Shown in pieces: positions 16,851-26,021 of a DNA stretch of 64,000 nt (position 1 is its first letter; each line of letters opens with the position of its first letter). A model generated the notes under the pieces. The model saw nothing but the letters and a program-made list of their open reading frames with translations. It ran no database searches and had not been told where the DNA came from. The stretch is from a virus, in IMG/VR virus record IMGVR_UViG_3300027857_000001, positions 32,001-96,000 of that record. One strand, written 5' to 3'. The translations under genes and the position numbers were made by a program.

Positions 16851-17258
16851 TCAGGCTCCGTTCTCGGGTTCGGTGGTCGGTGCCGGGTCCTGGTCGCGCC
16901 CGCCGCTGATGATCGCCAGGACATCCCCGGCGCTGATCTTCATGTCATCCGGGCGGACCCGCATCGGCATTGAGGCGCTGAGGTCGTCGGCCTTCGCCTG
17001 GCAGTACGCCACGATCGCCGCCAGCTTCGCGTCGGCCGCCTTGGCACGGCCCCGGTCTGAGGCGGCAGCGGAACGCGCACCGGCCAGCTCGGCGGCCAGG
17101 CGGACGATCTCGGCATCGCAGGCCGCGTGGCCGCCCTCCTCCCAGCACACTGCGCTTCCGGCCGTGATGCCGGGGAGTCCCGGCCCGGTGACGACCGCTC
17201 CGGACAGTCCGGCGACGTCGCCGTCATGCGAGGCGTACTCCTGCTCGCCGCTGCTCAT
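16851..17258 (-). CDS. Hypothetical protein
   Basis: ATGA coupling. Confidence 0.5.
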   Translation of the reverse strand: MSSGEQEYASHDGDVAGLSGAVVTGPGLPGITAGSAVCWEEGGHAACDAEIVRLAAELAGARSAAASDRGRAKAADAKLAAIVAYCQAKADDLSASMPMRVRPDDMKISAGDVLAIISGGRDQDPAPTTEPENGA

Positions 17259-17572
17259 GTCAGCTCCACCTCCCGCACGGTGCCGTCGTGCTCGATGACC
17301 GCGAGCCTGTTCCCCGCCGCGGTCTCCTCTTCGCAGAACGCCCACACGGCGATAGCACGGCGTACTCCCTCGGTCGCGGTGACGCCCTTAGCGGCGATGA
17401 GAGAGCGGAACGTGGCCGCCGTCCCGGCGCTGATGTTGACCGACAGGCGCACTGCCTTCGGCGCGGCGGCTGCCTCGTCCTCACTGCTCACGACTACCTC
17501 CACTTCGCTGCCGGGTGGATCACGCGCCACCAGAGCGGCTGGTGACGCCGGTAGGACCGGGTCATCCCGCAC
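17255..17572 (-). CDS. Small CopG/RHH-like protein
   Basis: VRLSVNIS...LIAAKGVTATEGVRRAIA has a beta-alpha-alpha pattern. Confidence 0.5.
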   Translation of the reverse strand: MRDDPVLPASPAALVARDPPGSEVEVVVSSEDEAAAAPKAVRLSVNISAGTAATFRSLIAAKGVTATEGVRRAIAVWAFCEEETAAGNRLAVIEHDGTVREVELT

Positions 17573-17642
17573 GTGCAGAGCGGGGTCCGGCTGGTTGAGC
17601 GGGGATCCGGGTCGTAGCGGTGCGGCCTGCGGTACTTGTCCA

Positions 17643-18554
17643 TCAGTGGACTCCTGCTGCCGGGCCGGCCAGGGTCAGCCACGCGCCGAACCCGGCGAGC
17701 AGGAACGTCCCTGCCGCGAACACGGACAGGACACGCTCCACGGCCTTCCCGCGCGGCGCCTGGCCGCCACTGGAGGTCATCAGCCAGCGGACCCGCAGCC
17801 GGAAGCCAGGCGGCCCGATCAGCGGCAGCCGCCGGGCCACCGCACCGGTTACGCCCGTGGATGCGCGGCGGGCAGCCTCCCGCTCGGCCAGGTACCACTG
17901 CACCTCGTCGGCCGGACCCAGCGAGGCATGCCGGGCGCACAGCCACGAGCCGAGGATGCCCAGCAGGATGATCTCCCAGTGCCCGGCCGCGATGAACCCG
18001 TTCGCCTCGTTCGCCAGCACGCCGCTCCCGGGGACCGCCCAGCCGTGCTGCCGCATCCACGTCACCCGCCAGATGATCACGCCGCCCACCGCGACGCCGG
18101 GGACCGCGTACAGCAGGGCGAGCAGCGGGGTCGCGGCCAGCCGGTGCCACGAGTACACCCGGCGCTCCGTCCGCGGCTTCGCGAACAGGAAGAACACCAC
18201 GACGCCCGTGATGATCCCGATGACCAGGTCGCGGGCGGCGTGCCGGTCGAATACCCACCACGCCGGCGCGGACTGCCCGGCGAACCAGTGCTCGTGCAGC
18301 ATGTTCCGGATGTGCACGGGGAGCCGGTCCCAGAGGTCTTTCGGCCCGTAGTCCCACACCCTGTGCCCAGCCGGGTAGTCGAAGCCGACCTGGAGCTGGA
18401 TGACCAGGAAGTACAGGGCATCGACGGCCCAGCGGACGACGTGGCCGATGATCACCACCCAGGCGATGTTCTCGGCGATTCCGGCCGCACCGAGCTTCAG
18501 GCGCGGAGCCATGGCCGTGGCTGCGGTCCGGGTGCCGGCCTGCGCGGCGGTCAT
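17643..18554 (-). CDS. Multi-pass membrane protein
   Basis: Several hydrophobic helices. Confidence 0.65.
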   Translation of the reverse strand: MTAAQAGTRTAATAMAPRLKLGAAGIAENIAWVVIIGHVVRWAVDALYFLVIQLQVGFDYPAGHRVWDYGPKDLWDRLPVHIRNMLHEHWFAGQSAPAWWVFDRHAARDLVIGIITGVVVFFLFAKPRTERRVYSWHRLAATPLLALLYAVPGVAVGGVIIWRVTWMRQHGWAVPGSGVLANEANGFIAAGHWEIILLGILGSWLCARHASLGPADEVQWYLAEREAARRASTGVTGAVARRLPLIGPPGFRLRVRWLMTSSGGQAPRGKAVERVLSVFAAGTFLLAGFGAWLTLAGPAAGVH

Positions 18555-18611
18555 CTGGGACCGCCCGTGAGACCCGTGGCTTCAGCCACGGGGAGGTGAG
18601 GGCGAAGCTGG

Positions 18612-18753
18612 TTAAACGTTCCGCGGGTTCTCGGCATAGCGCTTGATGACCTCCAAGGTTGCGCCGCCCACCGTGGCGACGAAATAGCTGCTTGTTCACA
18701 GAGCCGGCAGGCGCCGGCGCAGCGACGGGAACTCCCGCCGCAACTGCGCCGTG
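18612..18753 (-). pseudogene. tnpA: IS200-type Y1 transposase C-terminal remnant
   Basis: LRREFPSLRRRLPAL*TSSYFVATVGGATLEVIKRYAENPRNV; TGA replaces the conserved Trp (18696-18698); the N-terminal HUH part is missing. Confidence 0.85.
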
Positions 18754-18769
18754 CTGTAGCGTGGATGGT

Positions 18770-19948
18770 GTGTTCGAGACGGTGCGCTACACCTACCGCC
18801 TGCGCCCTGGTACGCAGGCGGAACGCGCGCTGCTTGACGAGTGGGGCCGGTGCCGCTGGCTGTGGAACGAGGCCGTCAACCAGCGCAGGACCGGGCGCAA
18901 GCCGACGTTCTGCAAGCTGTCCAAGTTGCTGACCGCGGCACGAGCGGCAAACGAGTGGCTCCGCGAAGGTTCGCAGGTCGCGCAGCAGCAGACGCTGCGG
19001 ACATACATGCTGGCCCTGGACCACTCGTTCAAGGTCAAGGGACGGCGCACGCCGGTGATCAAGCGGCGCAAGGACACCCTGCCGTCGCTTGAGTACACCG
19101 TGCGCGGGTTCTCTGTCCGCGATGGCCGCCTGTGCCTGCCCAAGGGCGTATCGGTACCCGTGGTGTGGTCCCGCGACCTGCCGTCTGCCCCGTCGAGCGT
19201 CCGCGTCTACCAGGATTCGCTGGGCCACTGGTACGCGTCGTTCGTCGTCACCCGCGAGGCTGAGCCTGCGCCGGAAGCCAGCGGGAAGATCGGCATCGAC
19301 TGGGGTATCAAGGTCACGGCCACGGCCACGGACCCGGCTTACGATCTGCCGTACGGTGGGCACAGGAAACGCTGCGCGGCTGAACTGGCGAGGGCGCAGC
19401 GGAAGATGAGCAGGCGCCGCAGGGAACGCGGCCAGCCCCAGTCGAACGGGTACCGCTGTGCCAGGCGGGAAGCAGCGGAGCTCCACAAGAAAGCCGCACG
19501 GCAGAACACCCACGCGGCCCGCGTGTGGGCACGGCGGATAGTGGACCATCACCAGGTAATAGCCGTTGAGGACTTCAGGCCGCTGTTCCTGGCTAAGTCC
19601 ACGATGGCGCGTAAGTCCGCTGATGCCGCGGTAGGTACCGCGAAGCGGGCGCTGATCGAGTATGGCAAGCGGGCGGCCCGGAAGGTGGTGCTGGTTCCGC
19701 CCGCCTACACGACGATGACGTGCGCTGAGTGCGGTACGAGAGCCAAGGAACGCCTCACGCTCGCCGAACGGGTCTTCGTGTGTACGGCCTGCGGATGTAT
19801 CGCGGGCCGTGACGCGAACGCCGCGAGAGTGATTCTCGCCCAGGGTGAACGCATCCTGGCTGGTGCTGACGACGTAAGACAACTCCCTTGCCTCCCTTCA
19901 GGGGTAGCGGGCGGAATGCGGTCTGAGCCAGGAATCCCCCGGCACTAG
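18770..19948 (+). CDS. tnpB: TnpB RNA-guided endonuclease
   Basis: RYTYRLRP N-terminus; RuvC IGIDWG (D), IAVEDF (E), RDANAA (D); zinc finger CAECG/CTACG; stop lies inside the right-end hairpin. Confidence 0.92.
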   Translation: MFETVRYTYRLRPGTQAERALLDEWGRCRWLWNEAVNQRRTGRKPTFCKLSKLLTAARAANEWLREGSQVAQQQTLRTYMLALDHSFKVKGRRTPVIKRRKDTLPSLEYTVRGFSVRDGRLCLPKGVSVPVVWSRDLPSAPSSVRVYQDSLGHWYASFVVTREAEPAPEASGKIGIDWGIKVTATATDPAYDLPYGGHRKRCAAELARAQRKMSRRRRERGQPQSNGYRCARREAAELHKKAARQNTHAARVWARRIVDHHQVIAVEDFRPLFLAKSTMARKSADAAVGTAKRALIEYGKRAARKVVLVPPAYTTMTCAECGTRAKERLTLAERVFVCTACGCIAGRDANAARVILAQGERILAGADDVRQLPCLPSGVAGGMRSEPGIPRH

Positions 19949-19961
19949 CCGTGGGGAAGCG

Positions 19962-20342
19962 TTAACGCGCGTGCTCCGCGCACCCGGCGGCGTCCTGGGC
20001 CAGCTTCGCCTCGCCGGCCTTGCGGACAGCCTTCCCGGCGGCCAGGTTGACGTCGTGCTCTGCTGCCGTCATGACGCACGTCTCGGCTGCCTGCCGGTGC
20101 GCTGGCGGGATCCTCATGCATGCGGCGAACGCGGCCCGGCCGGACCTGGTCAGCAGCGCCGCCTGGTCAGACGGCATGCACGGCTTGATGAGGGCCTCGG
20201 CGGTCTTCTCGTCCGCCTTCACGGCGGTAGACGTAGCGGCGGCCGATGCACGTGCAGCGGCGCTGTGGGTGCCGTGGCCGCACGCTGCGAGCAGCAGCAT
20301 TCCGGCTGCCAGCATGGCCGCTGCGATGGGTCTGGGGGTCAT
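19962..20342 (-). CDS. Putative lipoprotein
   Basis: Signal peptide with LAAC lipobox; the stop codon is supplied by the IS end. Confidence 0.65.
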   Translation of the reverse strand: MTPRPIAAAMLAAGMLLLAACGHGTHSAAARASAAATSTAVKADEKTAEALIKPCMPSDQAALLTRSGRAAFAACMRIPPAHRQAAETCVMTAAEHDVNLAAGKAVRKAGEAKLAQDAAGCAEHAR

Positions 20343-20370
20343 CTCGGGGGTTCCTCTCGGGGGTTGTTGG

Positions 20371-20679
20371 TTACGCGGCGGCCGGGGTCATCCCGAGCGC
20401 CTCGGCGAGCACTGCGACCAGCGCTGCGACTTCGCAGGCGTAGCGGGCCTGCCACGCCGCCTCGCATTCGAGCCGCCACTCCGCGACCGCCGCCTGCCAT
20501 TCGGGTGCCTTGCGTGCCCGTTCCAGCCGTTCCCGCCGTGCCGGGACCACCAGCTCGGTCAGGCCGGCCAGGACCGCAGGGCGGGTGATGAGCCGCTCAG
20601 CGGCGGCCAGGTCGCGGCGGCTTAGGCAGTCCCGGAGCGCTGCGACGGCGGCGAGGGGATCGGCGGTGCGGGTGTTCAC
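20371..20679 (-). CDS. Hypothetical protein
   Basis: GTGA coupling. Confidence 0.5.
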   Translation of the reverse strand: MNTRTADPLAAVAALRDCLSRRDLAAAERLITRPAVLAGLTELVVPARRERLERARKAPEWQAAVAEWRLECEAAWQARYACEVAALVAVLAEALGMTPAAA

Positions 20680-20879
20680 GCTGCACCGCTCTGGCCCTCG
20701 GCGGCCAGCCGCGCGGCACGGCGGGCCCTCCAGTCCCGTGTGTATTCCGCGCGGGCCTTACGGCACTCCTCGCACGGCTCCGTCCCGTACGTGATGTGCT
20801 GCTGGTAGCCGCTGCTCGTCCCGTGCTCCGCCTTCCGGCGGCCCACTCCGCTGAACGGTCCCGGCTTCGCGCGGCTCAC
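20676..20879 (-). CDS. Small phage protein with HGT..GY..H...PC..C motif
   Basis: HGTSSGYQQH...EPCEECR. Confidence 0.6.
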   Translation of the reverse strand: MSRAKPGPFSGVGRRKAEHGTSSGYQQHITYGTEPCEECRKARAEYTRDWRARRAARLAAEGQSGAA

Positions 20880-22426
20880 GCGGCACCGCCGAACAGGTCA
20901 GGCTGGATCGGCTTCGACAGCCGGACCTTCGCCAGCTCGGCGTTGGCCGGGTCCTGCTCGATCAGGACGCAGCGGAACCCCTCGATGACGCACGCCTCGG
21001 CCGTGGTCCCGGTACCCGCGAACAGGTCAAGCACGGTGCCCCCCCCCGGCGTTACGAGCCGGACCAGCCAGCGCATCAGGTCCAGCGGCTTGACGGTGGG
21101 GTGGGCGGTGCCGTCCGGCAGCCGGGGGCGCTCGGACGCCGGGGCCTTGGCCTGGTAACGGAACACCGGGAAGAAGCGGGACGCCCCGCCGGTGTCGCCG
21201 TAGCCGACCATCTGCGATCCGGCTGGCCGCGATTCCGTGCCGTAGGCCGCGCTGGTGTTTCCTTCAGCGTCGGAGCCGCTGAGCCTGCGGACAGCAGGGA
21301 TTCCGGAGGTTAGAACGCCGCTCTGCCGGTCCAGCTCGGCTACCGGGCAATCGCCGACGCACGACCAGGCCTCGACGGTCTCCGCCCCGGATCTCCGCTC
21401 GGCGAGTCCCGCCTGGCCGCTCCAGCCGCCCATGTAGCCGCTCTCGCCGCGCTCCGCAGGGTGGTGACCGTCCGTCCGTACCGTCCGCATGCCCAAGGGT
21501 CGGCACGCTGCCGAGTGGGTCAGCAGGATGTTCGCCGGCCAACGGCCCGCCGGCACGGCACCCGTCCGTGAACGCTGGACGCCCTTGCCGTTGTTCTCGT
21601 ACGTCGCCCCGAACTTCGGCGCGGTGCGCCTGCTGTCGTCATAGTCGGCGGGGTTCAGGTCAGCGGCCGTGCCGACGCGGCACCCGTCGACGTTGATCGC
21701 ACCCGTCCCGTGTTCCACAACGCTGGCGGCCACGGTCCCTGTCAGTGGCTTTCGGGCGACGAGGACTGGCTCATGAGCGGGCTTGAGGCCGGTGCCCCAC
21801 CCCGCCCAGCGGGCAGCGCCGTCGGTCGCGGGGGCGCTGATCGACGGCCCTTCGCTGTGCTCGGGCTCATCACCATACGTTGCGCCAGTCCACGTGCCAT
21901 TCGGCTTACGCGATGCGAATGGCGACACCCCGATCACTTCGCGCTCGGCCCCGGCCGCCCGGTCGATCGCCTTGGACACATCCAGCGACTTCGGGAAGCC
22001 GGCACCGTAGATCCAGTGCAGGGAGTCCCTGACCTCGAAGCCTGCATCCTCGATGCCGCATGCGAGCCGGTGGTAGGTCCGGGTCCCGCCGAACGCGAGC
22101 AGGTGACCGCCGGGCCTGAGAACCCGCAGGCACTCGACGGCCCAGGTCCGGCACCAGGACTGGTACGGCTGCCCGGCGATGTAGGCCTCTGGCGTTGCCG
22201 TGACCGACTTGCCGTCAGCGGGGTTGGTCCGGCCGTCGGCCCGCGTCCGGATCCGGGCGGCGGACGGCTTGAACGTGTCCCACTCGCGGCCCATGAATTC
22301 GAGCCCGTACGGCGGATCCGTGACGATCGCGTCGACGCTGCAATCGAGGAGCGACGGCAGGACCGCGAGGCAGTCGCCGAGGTGCAGGACCACGTCGCCC
22401 TCGTCGCTCGACCAGTACGGCTTCAC
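20876..22426 (-). CDS. Beta-class N4/N6 DNA methyltransferase (orphan)
   Basis: IVTDPPYG (motif IV) precedes HPTVKP...VLDLFAGTGTT (motifs X/I). Confidence 0.9.
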   Translation of the reverse strand: MKPYWSSDEGDVVLHLGDCLAVLPSLLDCSVDAIVTDPPYGLEFMGREWDTFKPSAARIRTRADGRTNPADGKSVTATPEAYIAGQPYQSWCRTWAVECLRVLRPGGHLLAFGGTRTYHRLACGIEDAGFEVRDSLHWIYGAGFPKSLDVSKAIDRAAGAEREVIGVSPFASRKPNGTWTGATYGDEPEHSEGPSISAPATDGAARWAGWGTGLKPAHEPVLVARKPLTGTVAASVVEHGTGAINVDGCRVGTAADLNPADYDDSRRTAPKFGATYENNGKGVQRSRTGAVPAGRWPANILLTHSAACRPLGMRTVRTDGHHPAERGESGYMGGWSGQAGLAERRSGAETVEAWSCVGDCPVAELDRQSGVLTSGIPAVRRLSGSDAEGNTSAAYGTESRPAGSQMVGYGDTGGASRFFPVFRYQAKAPASERPRLPDGTAHPTVKPLDLMRWLVRLVTPGGGTVLDLFAGTGTTAEACVIEGFRCVLIEQDPANAELAKVRLSKPIQPDLFGGAA

Positions 22427-22701
22427 GGGGCACCTCCGTGCTCGCTGCGGTGCTCAGGCAGCGGGGGCATCGCGGCGAGCTTCTCCCGCAGGGCGGCGAC
22501 CTCCGGGACCCTGCTCGGGTCAGTGCCCGTGCCGTGCTGCCGCCAGTCAGCAGCGGGCCGGGCCTCGGTCGGCCGCCATCCCTGCCCTTCCAGCACGGTC
22601 AGGCACTCAGCGGCGACCGCACGTGGGTACGAGTCGTTCTCCTGGCCCTCGCGTATGAGCCGCTCCAGCGTGTCGATGGCCCGTTCGCGGGTGTCCGTCA
22701 T
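22423..22701 (-). CDS. Hypothetical protein (MTDTRERAI...)
   Basis: RBS GGAGG; ATGA overlap with the stop at 22698. Confidence 0.55.
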   Translation of the reverse strand: MTDTRERAIDTLERLIREGQENDSYPRAVAAECLTVLEGQGWRPTEARPAADWRQHGTGTDPSRVPEVAALREKLAAMPPLPEHRSEHGGAP

Positions 22702-23127
22702 GACGCCTCCAGGTCTTGCCGGGTGAGGCCGAGCGCCTCGCGGGCCTTCGCTGCGCCTCGCGGGCCTTCGCTGCGCCTCGCGGGCCTTCGCTGCGCCTCG
22801 TGCCGCAGTGTCCGGGCCCGGACCGGACTGGCCGGCCTGGTACGGGCCCGGACCGCGCGGGTGCCTGTGACCGCACGCTGAGTGCAGCGGCAGCCGCTTG
22901 CCGATCGACCCGTCCGGCCGTCGCTTCGGGGCACGGTTGTCGGTGATCGCCAGCCACTTCTGCGTGATCACGGCCGCGTCGGAGACGACGTACTGGGTGC
23001 ACGGGCCGCCGAGAGCAGCGAAGACGGCCAGGTCGTCAGCGCCGGCGGCGGAGCTGAACTTGTGGGCGTCCTCGGGCTGACCGCACCGGCCGCAGGCGGT
23101 GATGGCGAGACGCTTGGCGGGGTCCAT
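22698..23127 (-). pseudogene. Hypothetical gene frameshifted by a 20-bp tandem repeat
   Basis: Removing two repeat units gives ...GAAKAREALGLTRQDLEAS* with ATGA coupling. Confidence 0.55.
22733..22800 (+). repeat. Tandem repeat GCGCCTCGCGGGCCTTCGCT x3.4
   Basis: Exact 20-bp units starting at 22733, 22753 and 22773, plus a partial unit at 22793. Confidence 0.95.
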
Positions 23128-23624
23128 CAGTAAGCCCCCTTGCGCCATTCCTCGGCCTCGGCGGGCAGGCAGCCAGGCCAGATCAAGGCGTCTGCGAGGC
23201 TAGGCGCCCGGAGTTCCCAGCCGTGGTCTGAGTATTTGCTGATGGTGCCCACGATCGTCGCCATGGGCTCGGCGTTCCCGTACTCCCAGAAGTCCAGCAC
23301 CAGGATCGCGCGCTGGTTGCTCCACCACGCCTGCGTCATGCGCCAGAGGATGTCTTCGACTGGCTTGAGGTCATCGGATTCCAGTGAATCCGCGAGGATC
23401 CTGGCCGGCTTCACCTCGACATACTCGACGTACGCGCCGCCGGTCTCGGGGAAGTTCCGCCTGAAGTCCGGCAGCCACTGTCCGCGCGGACCGGCGAAGC
23501 ACTCCGGCTCGTAATCCCAGTCGCCAGCACCCGTCCGGTCGAGGTATGCCGCGTAGTCAGCTTCGAGCCGGGACCGCATCTGGATGCCCTTGTAGAGCGT
23601 TGGCCGGGCCTTGATCACGGTCAT
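23127..23624 (-). CDS. PD-(D/E)XK nuclease-like protein
   Basis: MRSRLEA...WDYEPECF...WLPDF...YVEVKP. Confidence 0.7.
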   Translation of the reverse strand: MTVIKARPTLYKGIQMRSRLEADYAAYLDRTGAGDWDYEPECFAGPRGQWLPDFRRNFPETGGAYVEYVEVKPARILADSLESDDLKPVEDILWRMTQAWWSNQRAILVLDFWEYGNAEPMATIVGTISKYSDHGWELRAPSLADALIWPGCLPAEAEEWRKGAY

Positions 23625-23700
23625 CGAGCAGCCTCGCGGTTGACGTTGAAGCCGGATTTCGCTCGCGTGCGCGTAACGAAGGTGCAAGATATTCCGCCGC

Positions 23701-23827
23701 CGTCACGATCCATCTTCGTAAGTCCGTACGTCCGTTCGTTCGTGCGAACGTGACGCGCACCGTGACAAGCTCCGTGACGTTGCGATGCCCTGTCACGATC
23801 CGCGTCACGATGCTTCGTCACGATGCT
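23701..23827. repeat. Iteron-like GTCACG/CGTGAC cluster (candidate replication origin)
   Basis: Multiple (G)TCACGA and (C)GTGAC motifs in about 130 bp at the 3' end of the rep-like gene. Confidence 0.45.
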
Positions 23828-24227
23828 CGGCAGCCTTCTTTCCGGCGCGGTACTTCGCTGCCCGCTCGGCATCGGACATGGCCTCGTGGCCTTCCCAGCG
23901 TGCCGCAGCACCGGCCATCGCCCGTTTGCGGCGCATCTTGGTTTCCTCGGTCGTCGGCTGGAACTCGTCCCAGCCGTTGATGAGCCACCCGCCCGGCTGC
24001 GGTACCCAGAACCCGTACTGGACGAGCAACTCGGCGTCTCTGGCACGGCCATGGAGGAAAGGGAGCGACTCGCGGGAGAGGAAGCCGTCCGCGCCCTGAG
24101 CGCCGGAGCAGGCCAGGCCGCAGAGATAGACGAATGCCGCGCGGTGCCCGTCCTTCTCGGTGAGCATGGCGAGCAGCTTCTGGTTCTGCGGGAACCCCGT
24201 GTCAAGCCGCACCCACGGCAGTGGCAT
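23805..24227 (-). CDS. Phage replication initiator-like protein (possibly frameshifted; would otherwise extend to 23621)
   Basis: MPLPWVRLDTGF...DGFL...LVQYGFW..QPGGWLINGWDEFQP resembles actinophage Rep N-termini. Confidence 0.55.
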   Translation of the reverse strand: MPLPWVRLDTGFPQNQKLLAMLTEKDGHRAAFVYLCGLACSGAQGADGFLSRESLPFLHGRARDAELLVQYGFWVPQPGGWLINGWDEFQPTTEETKMRRKRAMAGAAARWEGHEAMSDAERAAKYRAGKKAAEHRDEAS

Positions 24228-24286
24228 TCACGTACTCCGTTCACGTCTGCGATCTCACATCCTCAGGGGGCCGTGCAGTTGATGTG

Positions 24287-24406
24287 GCGACTCTAGTCGC
24301 AATCCTGATAGCGATGCAAGTCGCAATTCAGGTCGCCACGTGAGTCGCGACGTGCTAACGTATGTCGGTCGCTACCTTGCATTGCAACTGGCAATGCGTT
24401 GACAAT
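24287..24406. promoter_or_regulatory. Divergent promoter region with palindromes
   Basis: GCGACT-CT-AGTCGC (24287-24300) and GCATTGC-AACTG-GCAATGC (24379-24397); AT-richer than flanks. Confidence 0.5.
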
Positions 24407-24412
24407 GAGGGC

Positions 24413-24775
24413 GTGGATGAGACGGTGAGACAGGAGCTGGCCGAGCTGGAAGCCATCGCGCAGCGCATCGTGCGCCGCAACGCCGCGAACAGGCAGGACG
24501 AGGAGGAGATCCGCAAGCGGCTTCCCGGTTTGCGCAAGGCAGGCGTCGGCCCGGCAGCTCTTGAGCGCACCATCCACCACGTCTTCGTCGCCGGGACGAT
24601 CAGCCGCTGGACCGTCGACGCTGCGGGTACGGGCAGGAAGAAGGGCGCTCAGGCGCAGGACCCCGCCGTGGCTCTCGCGGAGCAGCAGGTCCGGGAGACC
24701 ATCGAAGGCATGCGCGGGGAACTTGATGACCGCCTGACCGCTCCCCCGAAGTTCACTCAGCCGCCCGGGTCCTGA
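24413..24775 (+). CDS. Small putative DNA-binding protein
   Basis: Lone plus-strand gene at a divergent promoter; HTH-like GVGPAALERT...AGTISRWT. Confidence 0.5.
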   Translation: MDETVRQELAELEAIAQRIVRRNAANRQDEEEIRKRLPGLRKAGVGPAALERTIHHVFVAGTISRWTVDAAGTGRKKGAQAQDPAVALAEQQVRETIEGMRGELDDRLTAPPKFTQPPGS

Positions 24776-25356
24776 CCACCCCCGGACACGCCGGAGCCGC
24801 CCGGTGACGGAACATCCCCGGATACCCGCTGACCGATCACGCGCAGAACTCAACCCGCATCACCCGATCGTCCTTGAAGCTCGTCGATCCGGGCCAGCAT
24901 CTGGGCGATCTCCCCGGACTCAGCCTCGGCTGCGTCGAGTGCCCTCAGCCGCTCCCCGGTGTGCACCCTCAGGCACGACGACGCGGACCGGCCAGCGCAT
25001 TTCCCGCAGATCCCGTCATTCGCCGCCTCGGCACGCAGGCCGAACCTGGCATGGCACCAGCAGAGGCCGTCGCCGGGTGAGGTCTTGATGCCCTTCACGC
25101 TGCGCCTGCCGGCGCAGCTAGCTTCGGCCGGCTCACCCGGCATCACCTGCCGCCTCGCAGCACCAGCACCCGGCCGGGCCGGTCCACTCAACCTGCTCGT
25201 GCCCGTCTGCGCATGACCGGGGTCCGGCAACGGCACGGACGGGCGAGCCGGTCCACCTCACCGCGCCGGGGACGGGGCGCCATTTCCCGGTGAGGACCGG
25301 AGCGGGAAGCCGGGGCGGGGGAGGCGGGGAAGGGCGCAGCAGGCGGCCGAGGATGC

Positions 25357-25680
25357 TCACCGCGGACTCCTCCCGGCGCCTGCGACGGCGGCCAGCTCGC
25401 GCGCCACCCTGCCGCTCACGAGGTCGGCAGGACGCCACGTATCAGCGTCGGCGCCAGCAGCCCTGAGGGTCCGCTGCCATGCCTCCTGCGCGGCTGTGAG
25501 CCGTCCCGTGGCGCTCTTGAGCTCGCGGAACATGACTCCGCCGCCCCCGGCGAAAACCCAGTCGGGGAAGCCGCTGGGGCTCCGCCGCGAGTCGTGCGTG
25601 TGGTAGCCGAGGATCAGCCCGAGCGGGGCCAGGTCCTGGAGGATCTGGCGTACGTGCCGCTCAAGCTGAAGCTCGGACAT
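25357..25680 (-). CDS. VRR-NUC domain nuclease
   Basis: YHTHDSRRSPSGFPDW...FRELKSATGRLTAAQEAW...WRPAD. Confidence 0.85.
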   Translation of the reverse strand: MSELQLERHVRQILQDLAPLGLILGYHTHDSRRSPSGFPDWVFAGGGGVMFRELKSATGRLTAAQEAWQRTLRAAGADADTWRPADLVSGRVARELAAVAGAGRSPR

Positions 25681-26021
25681 GGAACCGGCCGGGGGCACGC
25701 TCACCGCCGCTTCCCCGCAGCTCAGATGCGCACCCCCAGCCGGAGCAGCATCCCCGTGCTGGCCTCCGGTGACGGCAGGGATGCCACCAGAGGCCAGGCG
25801 CCGGGTCCCCGCGGCCAGAGGGCCTGGCTCCGGTCGCGGGGACTTCTGAGCGCGGCGGGTCGGGGGGGAACCGGACGATTCCGCCGCGCGGTCTGAGGTG
25901 GCCACGCCAGGTCCGCTGGGGGGCGACAGTCCTGGCGTGGCCGTGCCCGGGCCGCGGTCCCGGGCAGCACGGCGAGGGGAAACGGGGGCATCCCCTGCCG
26001 CGCGGTCTGTGGATGATGCGG

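Larger units (their letters stand above)
18570..19965 (+). mobile_element. Non-autonomous IS200/IS605-family element (tnpA remnant + tnpB); left boundary approximate
   Basis: Left hairpin CCCGTGGC-TTCA-GCCACGGG (18573-18592); right hairpin CCCCCGGC-acta-GCCGTGGGG followed by TTAA (19962-19965). Confidence 0.85.

Noticed and set aside
18770-19948. TnpB as the effector of the CRISPR array
   Set aside because: It lies 15 kb away inside its own IS ends with a tnpA remnant, and its right end (TTAA) bears no resemblance to the repeat 3' end (GAGAC). Use in trans cannot be formally excluded.
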